In this document: positions 11,832 to 25,371 of the stretch, one piece after another
How positions within the stretch are numbered: the stretch's first letter is position 1
Layout: the number at the start of each line of letters is the position of its first letter
Source of the DNA: Lytechinus pictus
Taxonomy: Eukaryota
Direction of reading: 5' to 3'
NCBI RefSeq assembly: GCF_037042905.1
Contig: NC_087245.1
Span: 4,156,001-4,216,000 of the forward strand
Length of the DNA: 60,000 bases
Made by a program: the position numbers and the translations under genes
The notes under the pieces: model-generated
The model's database searches: none
Told to the model about the DNA's origin: nothing
What the model saw: the letters and a program-made list of their open reading frames with translations, nothing else

Positions 11832-14022
11832 GTAAATTTATGTTATTTTGAATATGAGCTATAGTTAGTATGGTAATTCTTGTAGAAAATTTTCACACCT
11901 TCTCATTTTACCCTTATCGCTTTCCATTCATCTCATTCTTTGTAACATCATTCACATGGTTGGTTGACAGCTAGCCTAGTATCGCCGCATTTTTTTTTTC
12001 GTTTGGAGGGGCAAGATATTCAAAAAGTTTTATGAATATAGACGCCTCTAGACGCGCGAGTGAGCGATACGACTAGGCTATTGACAAAGACAATGTTTTT
12101 TGTCGAATTAAACTTGAAGGAATTAATTACATCTTGCATATTAATTGTTTGGATAACAACATGTTCATTAATGTTTATGAATAAATTGTTATCGCTATCA
12201 GATTATCACTGTAAGCAGTCTGGTAGGGCATTAGACTGACAGGGAAATACATATGAATCCGTCAGAATGATGTTAACTGGGTTTATCACTGTACTTTAGG
12301 AGCAAACATTGGTGGCATGCAGCTCTTGTGAAGAATTTGTTCCTATACAATACATAAATGTTGCTCGAAATGTTGCTCATTGCATGAAGTTGCGCGCATC
12401 ACTAATCTACAAAAAAAATCTATGCATGCACAGACTGTGTGCTATATATCGCCTAAAATTGTATTGCATTGTGTCTGTCATATAGATGAAAGTTTGTTGT
12501 CTACTTTCTAATCTTAATCAAGAAAAGAAAAAATTATCTTTACGTGACGTTGAAATAGAAACTTCTTTTGTGAAATAAGATATATATGAATTAACGTATT
12601 TTTCATCAGTTTGATGTCAAATAACGAATTCAATAATTAAAAAAAAGTTATTTGTTTTAGCTGATAAGAAATACTATCGCCTTTCTCAGCAATATGAATG
12701 TGATAGTTTTTTCTTTTGAAAGGATCACCTCAAAGGTTCGTTTCATCATCTTCACATGCAAGACGAAATAAACATACAATAAATATTAAAGTATTATTTA
12801 TAACAGCAACATTAAAAAGATTTTGATCGGTAATATGTATTAAGAGGATTAAGAAAACGGGAAAAATAAAATAAATTTAAAGGGAATATTTAAAAGAAAA
12901 GGGAAAGGTTGCAGAAATCGGGTTTTTTTTAGAGAAAGATAATGAAATCATGATACTTCGTGTTGTGAACTTTTATGATGTGAAAATCACTTTATTTTCC
13001 TTTCAACATATCAACTGTCGCATTAAACCATTCTCAATGCATTAGTCTTCAATGAAATTGACAGGCTCTATGTTTATTTTCAACCCGCCTTTTGCCAAGT
13101 GGCGTTACGTTGATACGACATAAGCTAAAGTGAACTATATATTTTTTTTCTAATTTGTATTGTTTTCTTTATGCCACCTATTCATATCAATATGTTTCAT
13201 GAAATGCACTTACCATACTATTGATAAACCATAATGTAGACTAAATTATCTAAGAACTGAAATCGGTGTTACCTTTCTTCTATTTCGACTAAGAATTTTA
13301 CAGACATATCAAGGATTTAAATTATAATGCTGAGAAGAAAAAATAAATGTGTCAAAGAAATACACTACTGGTGAGATGCCGACCATTTAATCATGCATTT
13401 AGTAATGATAGTCATGATGAATGTGACAAAATTTGAAGGGATAAATGTTTATTAAAATAATCCCAAAAGTGATGGTATCGTCGACATCACGATCCTGTTA
13501 ATGTAAAAATGAACATAGAAAATACCAACTTTTCGTTTGAATAATTTATTTTGTATTGCGCTACAGGCACTCTGCTAAGTAAAGGCAATTGCTCTCTATA
13601 AAATGCAATCCTTGAAAAACATGAAATTGTGGCACAATGTCATCTTGATAAAGAAATAACTACTAAGTAATGGGATTCGAAAAGCCGACGGTTGTCGCTT
13701 TCAATATGATGTTCATAACAGAAGTAATCGTTACGTCATAATCAGAAGTGCAAATCGACATCACAGTCTTTTGGACAATGATTAAGTTTATTTTGCAATT
13801 GTTAACAATGGTTGCTAAGCGAATCAGAATAACACAGTTATTAGCGAGGAGTTGACATAAGCAATATTAACTACCAATATAGACTCTGCTTAAAATCATT
13901 GTATGTTTCCGCTTTTTAATCGATGCAATGTTATCTTAATGAATGCTTAGGCCATTAATGTTTCAAAGATAACCATTTTTTATACACGACTCTCTTTATA
14001 TATATACTGTATACATATTATA

Positions 14023-14061
<39 letters not shown>

Positions 14062-14111
14062 CTGTATTGTATACATATCATAGTGTTTTTAGAGTTTAGC
14101 TATTTCTAGCT

Positions 14112-14667
14112 AGGTGGTTTCACACAGGAATCTGCGTAGAGTTGCGTAGGGAATGCGCGAAAATTTGCTGCGTACTCGTGACAAAAAAACAATGGATCGG
14201 CGTATAGTCCCGGCGAAGGGTAGCGTACGGTTGTTACTTGTCTACGCCCACTTACGTAGGCCGTGCATACATGCCGTTGCGTACGGATTCAATATTGCAG
14301 CAGTGCTGACTTTGAAAACAAGTACTGAATAATAAATTATTCACAAAAAACACCATTCATAGGATAATAAAATACTATATTCATTGACCCTAAATAATCT
14401 TTGACCATGATCATTGATCTTAAATGACCTTTTACCTTGGCCGTGTGACAGTTGCGTAGTATTGCGTAGGCTTGCATAGACTGGCGTAGACCTGGCTCTA
14501 CGCCAACAGTGCGTAAACAATTTTTTGCGTTCCTCCCGCTTCCTCTTTTTGCGTAGAGTTACGTAGAGTTGCGTAGACTTCCGTAGGTAAAACTAATGGC
14601 GACGTAGTGTTGCGTAGTCTCTACGCAACTCTACGCAATTCTACGCAAATCTCGTTGTAAAACCCTT
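14112..14667. mobile_element. PIF/Harbinger-like MITE with TGCGTAG/CTACGCA subterminal repeats
   Basis: The left end AGGTGGTTTCACACAGGAATCTGCGTAGAGTTGCGTAG is inverted relative to the right end CTACGCAACTCTACGCAATTCTACGCAAATCTCGTTGTAAAACCCTT. The superfamily call is tentative. Confidence 0.7.
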
Positions 14668-15385
14668 TATAATGTATTTCTACCCCTATCTTCCCTCAAT
14701 ATCCCCCCCCCCCCGATATCACCAACGTGACCAGTGACCAGTGTACCTTTTCTTGCCATCAATCATCATTGTCCTAATTAATACCGATATTGGATTGATG
14801 ACTGTACTTTTTCATCAATGGTGATTCCCCCGAGGTGAAGGTGAATACAGCGGCATGCAAAAAGGGTGTATAATTCACGTAAAAATATCTCGCTATTAAC
14901 ACTTTTCATCAAATATTAAACAAAAAAATAATTGTTCCCCAGTGAATACGTGGGTTGGTTTTTTTAAATCTCTTTAACGTAAAGTTAGATTTTCAAAGTA
15001 ATTAGGAGTTTATTAACTTGACATCGCGTCGCTTCAACTGAATGTCAATTAACAGAGAAAAGTCCCATTACTGAATATCCTGTTACCAGTTTAGAAAAAA
15101 CATGAATTAAAATTGTTTGGAATTGAATACAAATTATTATACCGAATAAAGAGCAATGCAGGTCATAATTATATACCCTTGAAATTTATTTTCCAATGAT
15201 TTATTTAAAATATTGTTCTATTCGACGGTTTTGTATCATTTTTTAAACTTTAAATATTCCTACGATGATTAGACGCATTGCTCAAACTGATGTCCGAAGT
15301 AATTAATAACCCACATCTATCCCTCACACACACACACACACACATCTGCACACACACACACATATATATATATATTTATATATAT

Positions 15386-15526
15386 ACTGTAAAAACGCTG
15401 TTTAAAATTTTAACCACGTTGTCTAAGCACGTCACTCTAACAATATGTTTAAACTTTTTTAACAAGTTGTTTAAAAAGTTTTAACAACTTGTTGTTAGAG
15501 TGACAACGTGCTTATTTTCTACTGTA
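15386..15526. mobile_element. Small hairpin MITE (CACTA/EnSpm-like ends) in a TA microsatellite
   Basis: Starts ACTGTAAAAA. The inverted pair TAAGCAC-GTCACTCTAACAA / TTGTTAGAGTGAC-AACGTGCTTA is flanked by (TA)n. A similar remnant lies at about 5090-5253. Confidence 0.55.
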
Positions 15527-15813
15527 TATATATATATATATATATAAAGTATGCTTTAAATGATTCTTGACAGCAATTATTGTTAAACTACTACTACTAT
15601 TTTTATTGCATTGACTTTGGAATAAAAAAAATATATACCTTATATAGTTGTTTCATATCTAACGCTGATTAATACGTCATAAATGTATGAGGTATGCTTC
15701 TGACAAATCTCATTGAAATAATCATGATTGAATTTTACCATTTTTGTTTAAAATGGGGGAAAGATGATCTGACTATGAATCCATATATATCAATAGAATG
15801 TCTTTTTCTTTAA

Positions 15814-16377
15814 AGGGATGTTCCGGGCTGAAGATAATTATATCTAAATAAATAAAGTTAACAGAGCAAAATGCTGAAAATTTCATCAAAATCGGACAGT
15901 TGTTGAATTTTAAAGATTTGCATTGTTCTGGTGAAATAGTTCTAGGCATGTCTTCATGAATATTCATTAGGTTGGCATATGATTTCACATCCCCATTTTC
16001 CTTTTTTTATGTTATTACATGAAAGCATAATAATTGTTTCATACATGTGTAAATGATGTGTCTCTATTATTATGAAATAAGTTGCAGCAAATAATAACTA
16101 ATGCACTTAATCAGTTATTAATCCAATTGTTTTAGTTCTTGGTAGAACATATTTCAATAAACGTAAATTCATATGATAAAATACAAAAGAACAGGTGGGG
16201 ATATGACATAATCAGCCCACCTGATGAATATTCATGAAGACATGCCTAGAACTGTTTTACAAGAATAATGCTTATCTTTAAAATTCTTTTTTTTTTTTTT
16301 GGTTATCCGATTTTGGTCAAATTTCAGCATTTTGCTCTGTAAATTTTACTCTATTATCTTCAGCCCAAAGCATCCCT
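15814..16377. mobile_element. Kolobok/piggyBac-type MITE with long TIRs at a TTAA site
   Basis: TTAA|AGGGATGTTCCGGGCTGAAGATAAT ... ATTATCTTCAGCCCAAAGCATCCCT|TTGA. Inverted similarity extends about 180 bp and includes TCTAGGCATGTCTTCATGAATATTCAT. Confidence 0.8.
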
Positions 16378-19300
16378 TTGATAGCTTTTTTCTTCATTTT
16401 TTACCCTTTTCTTTTCCTTTTTAACTACTTGAAAAATCATATTATGGTCACCTCCTTCCCTCCCATGGCGCAATAATTGGTGCCGCCCCTGAGCCCACAA
16501 TTTCAATTGGTTGATTGTCAATACAGCTACGTCTAACACAAATTATGCTCCAATGTGAGTTACAATGAATGATGTTCCTAAATTTTGTTTAGTACTTGAA
16601 ACCTTTTTCTCCTCAAGGATCACGAATACATGATTATTGCTTAATCATATTAAAAGTCATAGGTTGATCACAGAGATCGATGTATATTCTTCATTAAAAA
16701 AAAACTTGATATCAAGCTATTTTATAATCATTGGGGATTTTTTTTTCTTTTAATCTACCTCCCGTTTTCCATTTTCTCTCCACTATATCATACCAATTTA
16801 ATGATTGCGTTCAAAATTGATTATCCTGAATTCATTGCGTTGTAATGATGGATTAAAATATATACTATATATTTAGTCTCGTTGATTTATGGCAATACAT
16901 CATTTAGGTTGCTTCATAAATATTATCCCACTTAGTCATGTAAACCAAGCTTACCACACTTGCTCGCATAATGCAGTGAAACTGAAACATTTTCCAATTA
17001 CTCTGGTATTTTGACGGTATTCAATGCCTAGTTGTTGGTGAATACATGATTTTAGATACAAATAAAAAACATAAAACATCGACTTATTCCATTTTAACCA
17101 CTTTCATTCGTGTGTGTCATTTCAAGTGGAGTGACTCTGTTTATGCGGTATGTACAAAACGTATACGATCTTCTACAATCGTCATAAATAGCCTTAGTGG
17201 TTAATAACCAGAAAGTGCATGTGCATCCCTCCATTAAATAATGAAGAAATCCCTTCTGTTTGAAATCACGTGCTGAATGTTATATTGTAGTAAATACAAT
17301 AATTCCCCCTACAATATGTCACATGTTTGAAATCAGTAACACATGTGCAATCAGGATAATTTCTGAAATGAGAGGGTGAAAGAAGGATAAAAATAAAAAT
17401 AGATTATACGAATTTACAAAACACGATAGTCTATTGATAATAAATATTGAACTAATGGTTGGAACTTAGATTATATAAAAACAAACTATTTACGTCAAAT
17501 CAATTTATCATTTAATTTTTTCTTCAAATTCCTGTATAGGCCTATTTCCAACAAGAACAGTGTCGTTTTTACTTAATCGATTTGGACTTAAAGTTTCATT
17601 GTTGTGAATGAAGCATTAGGAAGTATGTAACCCCGTGGGCAAGAGATGTGAGAAGCCGACCTAAAACCCATGACAAGAATGGTTGGAATGAAAATATTTA
17701 CGTCAAATTAAAATATTATCTAAATCTAATATTTATTTTCCTTCAAAATCCTGCTTAGGCCTATTTCCAACATGAGCAGTGTCGGTTTTGAGTTTTGAAG
17801 ATTTTCCTCAGCATCCTATATGTATCTTGACCGATTTCTATCTCTCGCTCGATCGTCTTTTATTGGGGGACAGGACCACAGAGCAAATGACTCAGTAACA
17901 CCAGCGAACCGACTACAGACTGAGCAATGCTTTACTTTCTTATTACCACCAATCGATTTAGATGTGACTGGGGCATTAAAGAGTATGTAACTCCACTGAA
18001 TCGATTGTTTTTTTCATTTGAATTATTAGTTTATTTGTTCAGCGACTTCCAATTTTCATATTTCAAAGATTGCTTTTATAATGTATCAAAATTTGGACAA
18101 TACAATGCTCACTTTTCAATTGGACGAACCTTTGCATTATTCAATTTGCCCCTTTAGAAATTAGATTATAATTCACCAGATAATTCATAAGAGAAAGAGA
18201 GAGAGAGAATGAGATTAACATGGCATGCCGGTGGTAGATCATGCCCTGTATACAACGCGCTGGTGAATTTATTGTTTCTCTCGTCTGATTTATTTCAATT
18301 CCTTCCTTATTTCTTTCATTAATTTCAATCTTTCTTTCTTGCTTCCTCTTTTTAATTCATATATTCCTTCTTTTATTTCTTTTCCCCTTCTTCTACCTCT
18401 CTCATGCACTTTCTCCAAACTTGTCTTTTCAAACTTGTCTGCTTTTTTTTTATTCTTTCGTTCATTCTTTCTTTCTTCATGTCTCTTTGTATTATTTTCC
18501 CTTGTTTTAGTTTCTGAAAGAAAAAATCAAGAAAAACTTGTATTTATCTAAAACACACATGAACACTAATTTCCACAAGTGAATGATTGAATAATAATAG
18601 CAGCTTCCATTTACAAGCAAAATGCAAGGGGGAGTCGTAATAATCGATCATTTGTGAATTATGATTTTGAACCTTTAAAAATCATAATTTGAAAGGGTGA
18701 TTTAAAAAAGGAAGATATATTTGAAAAGCGATATTTTGGTGACCAAGCTCGCTTGTCGATTCAACAGGCGTTGAATTATTAATCAGGTGTTCTCGAACTT
18801 GAATTGAATAAAATCAGTGGCAAGATCAATATTAGGCGATCAGAAATGTTTGGAGTCACCTGCAAACACCAGAAGCAATACACGGGACCACGCTAAAAAG
18901 ACATACACCCTCCACCAAATATCGATTTTGCATTTGTTTGTCTACAGATTTCGGTTATCCTTTTTTGTTCTGATTGCTTGAGAAGTAAATAGCACCAGTA
19001 TAACATTTCAGCTGCATTTAAATGACTATTTTACATACGCAAGTTAGATGTTCTATCGGTTTATTGAAAGCTAGACGAAGTCAATTGTTTTCTTCCCTCT
19101 TTATTCACGATCAATCGTCTAATGTTAAACACGCTAAGGTATCTGTTTCGGGATCTGTATTATTCTTTAAGCATCACAAGAAGAAGTGATTAAAGTGAAG
19201 TGATTAAATTGTCACTTTAAATCGCCTGTCGGCTAAATCCCTTCCATTCGAACTTCTCACGTTAGATACAAATGTAAACTGCTCTTCACTGAGATTGTCA

Positions 19301-22300
19301 GAAAAGTACATTTATATGTACGCTCCCGTGTCATAATCGCCAAAAGTGTGATGTAAATGACACAAAATGTTGATGTATCAACTGATTAAAAACAATCTTC
19401 TAAAGTTAATAGATGTGAATATTCTGGAATTTCTAGTTTAAGGATTCTTACAACTCATGCATGAAGCTCAAATGGCTGATTTATCTTGAGAGCAAGGGGA
19501 ACAAATCGTAAAATATGGGGAGAAAGGGGGCTTCCTGGCTCAGATGATAATTACATGCGACACCTCTGGGATGACGGTTGTGTTAAGCATCCAATAATTA
19601 TGTAAGACCTCACACTTTAAAGTTTATTGGTCACTTTATCAACAAACAATCTACAAACAATAATTTATGCACCATCTTTAAAATGGTCGTATATTGTGGA
19701 TACCTGACTGAACATTATTTAAACTAAATATCTTTTTATGAAAGAAAACTAAATTCTTATAAAGCGAACCCTCAATTTTAGATGAGTTTAATCATGGAGA
19801 TATCTACTAGATATAGACTTAATTAAAAGATGGCACACATAAAATATTCCAAAGGTGTGAGAGATATAAAAGAAAACGAAACCTGTCTGATGATTCGTCA
19901 AAACTAAGTAAGGACCTATTGGGGTATCACTTCTCAAAATGTGTGTAATGTCATTTATTGTTATGAACGAAGCATACACCACAATTCTTCAATAAAGACT
20001 AGCAGTTGTTCACCCTACTAATGCACTTTTTTAATTTCTGTTTGGTGCGAAAATCATTGTATAGATCGTAAACGTGATGAAATTTCTCAGATACTTTTGT
20101 CCCGAGGACTACAATGCCCTTTATGATCATCTAGACAATCTAAACGTAATAGGGTCAAATTAAAAAAGAAAAAGCAGTCACATTAATTTTACTGACCAAG
20201 TAAACATGCATAAAACTAATCGATTTTACGCGTGTAATTTAAAATTTTAATGACATTGGTGTTGATGAACATTTATAATTATTATCGAATTTATCTTACG
20301 TTCCATGTGGATGACAGTTAAACTGGCCTAAAGCTAAAATCTATTTTTATGATAATATCCAGTAGATTATATATGTCTATATATAAAAAATATTGAAATT
20401 ACACTAGATTTTAATCAGGTATCTTTTATGTGTAGCTAAGACATCAGATTCAGGAGACACCTATTATTCCTCAGTATGCAAGGTATTCTCTTTGTAAACG
20501 ATTTTGGTTTCTCATGAAAATTTTAATTACGCAAAATAATACTCTGACCTCCTATTTGCTCAAAAATTGTTTTACACGCTACATTCAGTTTTTGATTTAT
20601 ATGTTAATAAGAAAGTATATTGTTCATGGCAAACTGACAGGTGTAAATTTTGCATGCACTAAAAAGGATTAATAATTCATACGAGAAAATAATGTTGGAA
20701 AGAGTGGTTTACGTTATGTTTCCATGAAAACGAATTAATCAATGCGAACGACATCTCAATAATGCAAACTATATTGTCTCTTATATCGGGTATTGATCGA
20801 TCAATTTCAATCAAGTGTAGTATTCACACGAACAGGAAACGGTTTAAATTATCGTGAAATTATGCTTAAAAACAGATGACAAAATTTACATAGACTTGAT
20901 TTATATTGATAAAGCAGCTGTACGAAGAACTATATTCTTGCAGATTGCAGACGATTTTCGACACAAAGCGCAATACGTCAAAAATTATGACGTATTCGCT
21001 CTTGAAAAACACAATGTATCCTATCGACTTTCTCTCACGGTTTCATAACAGCGTATGATTAATTACTAGCATGTTTGCACACTATTCCTTTCGAAAATAA
21101 CCTTTGTGACTTCTTGTGCTTTAAACAAATTGGAAAAACAAATATAAAAATCTGATGCATTATTCTTTTAATGAATATATATTTTTTTTAATTCATAATC
21201 GAATTTCGGGATCAATTCTCATTCAAAATTCTCGGGCAGCTGTTGATTAGATTAAAAAGGATGCTTGTTAATTCTTCCGCGAAGAGGTAGATAGAATTTG
21301 ATTTCCATTATTTTTTTAATTCATGATTTCAAATAGTTATTACACAAAGCAGTTGCACGGCTGGGTATAATTCGCGCACAACCGAGTCATAATTTTGTCT
21401 TCTTTTTTTTTCTACTTATGGAAATAAATCTTTATGTAATGTTTTCACAAAATCCAATCCTATATAGGCTCTTAACTGACTTTAGTCTGGCCCTCATTAC
21501 AATCCACGTATGGGTATTTTCATTCTAAAAAAGCAGGAAAGTGTAAAAAAAAAATATTATTTCGATGAGTTTTAACAAAAATGAGCCTTCACTCACATTG
21601 TCAAGTAACCATTTTCCGTTTAAATTTCATTATTATTCTCACCTTAGTATTTTCTGCGGTTTTTTTTTTGTTTTTTTTTTGTTAAATTTAAAGTGAGTAT
21701 ATCTGTTTTTCACATTGCACATAATTATATCAATACATCCATTACGTTTATTCATAGTGGAAACTTCTCTCCCCCAATATCATTAGCTTGATTTTAAATT
21801 CCCTTGAAATAATTGTTAAACTGACACTAATCATGTTTGCATATAATTTAATGTCATAAATCAATTTATTTGTCATGAAACTTACATAGGTTGTGAATTT
21901 GTATTCACGATCGTATGGTTGGTCAAGTCAATATGATTACATCAATTCATTTGACAACGTCCCATTTCCTGGTCTCATAATGACTCTTTTATTAGCGTGT
22001 TCGATCAATCTCATGGGAAAATGTAAGACCTTGAATTCAAAACGGATGATAATTATATCGAATATAATAGAAGATAATTGGGCTTGTTAAAAGGAAATCC
22101 CCAGTGAAATTCATGTTATCCCAATAAAAATCCCATCTCAATCGACAGAATCAAATGTAATTTCTTTAGCAGTCTGGGGAAATAAATTGATTATCACGTA
22201 ATTGTCTTTGGGGGAACATTGGATAATTTTCCCTTTGATATAAATCGTCCCGCTGAATAACGAAATAGGCAGCCGTCTGTAAATATTATATGTATATTCT

Positions 22301-24039
22301 CAATATGATTTTCATTATATAATCTGGAAATATACATGCTTAAAATGCAAAAGATGATAAGTTTGGAAAATGGTCGAGAAATAACCGTGTTTTCACCCTT
22401 TTTACAAACGCTGTCATTCCTTGACACTTTATAAGAGGGTTACCCCCTTTTACCCTCTCATCTTGTTTACCATTTGACACATAATCATTATACTTTGTTG
22501 ATCAATTTATGTTGTGTGCCAGTTCTTGGATTGCTCCCATACTCTGTACCTTTCTCTAATTTGAAAAGTATTTATCAAAGCAGATGTATCTACGATAAAA
22601 TCCATTGTCAATGATTGATCATCGTTGACCATACACCTAAACCATTTATGCGACCAGTGACCATTGGTCAATGAAATGGTAATTCCATCAAACATGGAGG
22701 TTCTTTTGGTTTGAACTCAGGGGAGAGGGTGAACTTGTTAACTTTACTTTACGGACAAACAATCAATCAGTCAATTCTACTTCAAACAACACCTTTCCCA
22801 AATGGCTAAGAGGACGAGTACTATTTACCTGGTAAAGCTTTGTTTGAAAGCCGGTAAACAAAACATTACCGCAAGGAATTGGTCTACCGTCCTCTCCCAA
22901 TGTGGGTTTTTTTTTTATTCGTCCACAATGTTTGACGCCAATACAAGGGGCATGGAGTAGGCCTATCACCTTCACCGGATTTAAAATGTAATCGATGCAT
23001 TTCTCAAGCTTGGTATAGTTTTCGAAAATACAATTCATGATATATTTAATGCAAATTTTGCTCTATTTTCTCACAATCATGTAAACAGAGAAAGGATGAA
23101 ACCCAGAAGAGTTAGTTTTCAAATGTAAAAGCATATTTTTGCTCAATGCTCCAAGAAAAAAAAATAAACTTAAAGACTTAATTGTCAGGAGTTTGACTAG
23201 GATAAACTTCGTCTGCACGTTTTCATTCTAAATTGACCACTAAAATGTCGGATTAATTGTTCTTTTCTCAATTGAACTATCAGGTGACCTCGTAACACAT
23301 ATCACGTGACATTAAAAAAAAGGCAATCGATATCGCCCATGAAAGCGATATATCCCATTCGTCTCTTCACAAGTCTGGTGATCGATAGCTGAGACAGGTG
23401 AAGAACTTATCACTGGAAAGGTGTCGGTTACATAGTGTAGTCATGGTAACTTACTATTATTATACATTTTCTTTGAAATCTTTGAGTGGGATTGAGCATA
23501 AGCAAAATGAAAGATTATCAAGCAATCAATTTGACATTTTACAACGCAAGAACAAAGAATTAAACCTACCAACGTATATCATAGTACGTTAAAACGTCTG
23601 AGTGGATTTAGGTTCTATATAGTTCATGGGCATGATGAGAGAGAGAGGGGGGGGGGGAGAAAGAAAGAGAGAAAAAAAGGAGAGAGTGCGTATGAATCGA
23701 TAGTGGAAACTGGAAACGCATACGAGTAGAAAAGCTAATAAAAAGAAAAAAAACAGGGATGAAAAAATGTAGGAGAAGAAGCAAAAAAATGGAAAAGAAC
23801 AAAAAACACAGAGGTGAAGGATATGAACATTATGAAAGAAATTGAGAAATTTTGAAAATCGAGATATCGAAGATATGAAAGAGAAAAAAAAGAAATGTTA
23901 TAAAAATCAGCCTCCTGAGCACGAGAAATCCAAAGATTATGATTGTTGTTATTTTTTAAAATGTTGAACACATGAATGAGCGAGTGTTACCATGCATATT
24001 CAGAATACGTTCGTGGATGGGTGTGTGTGGGTGAGTGTG

Positions 24040-25371
24040 CGTGCGCCCAGGTAAGAATATTTGTATAAAAAATAAGATGATATTTGATAAAGATTTATTA
24101 GAACGAGGGTTAATTAAGGTTGAACATATCATTGACAATGGACATGTTAAACCGGTCGCATACTTTTTGAATCTTGGTATGGGAAGTGATCTTTTGTTTA
24201 CCATAGGTGAAATATATCATGCAATTCCAAGTGATTGGAGAAATGATTTAGGTTCGATACAGTTTTGTGAGATAGACTTAATTAATTTTAATATAAACTT
24301 GCTTCTGTTCGGGAGGGAAATTAGCTTTAAGGAGGTACCATCAAGAAAAATATATGAATATTTTATTAAAGAACTGCAAAAGTCATATGATTTACAGATA
24401 AGAGATGGAGAAAATAATTATAATTATACAGAGAAAGAAATTGGTGAATGTTTTTTTAGACCAAGAATAACATTATTAATTGGAAGACATAGGGAATTTC
24501 AATTTAAGCTTCTGCATGGGGCAATTTACACTAGAGTAAATTTGTTTAGATTTGGATTTGTTGAAGATAATCTCTGTTCGTACTGTAAACGGGAAACAGA
24601 AACATATTCACATATATTTTTGTCTTGCTTAAAGGTCAAACTGATATGGGAAACTTTGATACAGCGATTTGAATTAGATGAAATAAAGGACTTGAAATGG
24701 CGGGATATATTTGTTGGTTTGTCAGGCAATACAAATAGAATAAAAAGTTGTAATACTATTATCTTTATGGTAAAATATATATTATTTATATTTAGAAAGG
24801 AGGGGGTATTACCAACCATTGACGATATACATAAACTTATTTTAGAATATAAGGATCAAGAAAAGAAAATAGCTATTAAAATGGGGAAATTAGGGCGGCA
24901 CTTGCAAAAATGGGAAACAGTAAAATTGTGTTAAGGTTAAGTTGTAAGTCTTTATTTACTTTCAATATATGTAATGCTTCTCCCGTGAGCTTGTTATATT
25001 CAAAATTGTTTATCGAATTGTTTTGTACGTTAAAACATGATTTATTTATGATGAGTGTGGGCAGATCTTCTGGACAGTGGTGTGTTGTGTGTGTGTGTGG
25101 TGTGTATGTGTGTGTGTTTGTGTGTGTGTTGGGGCGGGGGGAGGGAGGGGGAGGGGGGAGTTTTGGTCTTTAAGATTTTTTTATTATAACTGATTTCATT
25201 GTTTTCTTTAAGATATATATGATTCATGATTTTATTAAGTTAGTGAAAAAAAAAGTGAAAATATGAAATGTCAAGTATTATATGTGATTTGAAATGTTAA
25301 TTTGAAATGTTATGTATTTTTTTTTGTTCATGAAATCAGAATAAAAACATTATTCAAAAAAAAAAAAAAAA
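24040..25371 (+). mobile_element. 5'-truncated L1/Tx1-clade non-LTR retrotransposon (ORF2 C-terminus, 3' UTR, poly(A))
   Basis: The ORF (to stop at 24934) contains REFQFKLLHGAIYT...CSYCKRETETYSHIFLSC..W, a zf-RVT type CCHC finger. AATAAA at 25340-25345, A16 at 25356-25371, and a candidate TSD GTGAGTGTG at 24031-24039 and 25372-25380. Confidence 0.9.

Noticed and set aside
24035..24934. 299-aa ORF as a host gene
   Set aside because: It is the C-terminus of a LINE ORF2 (zf-RVT motif, poly(A) tail) with a GTG pseudo-start in flanking microsatellite sequence.
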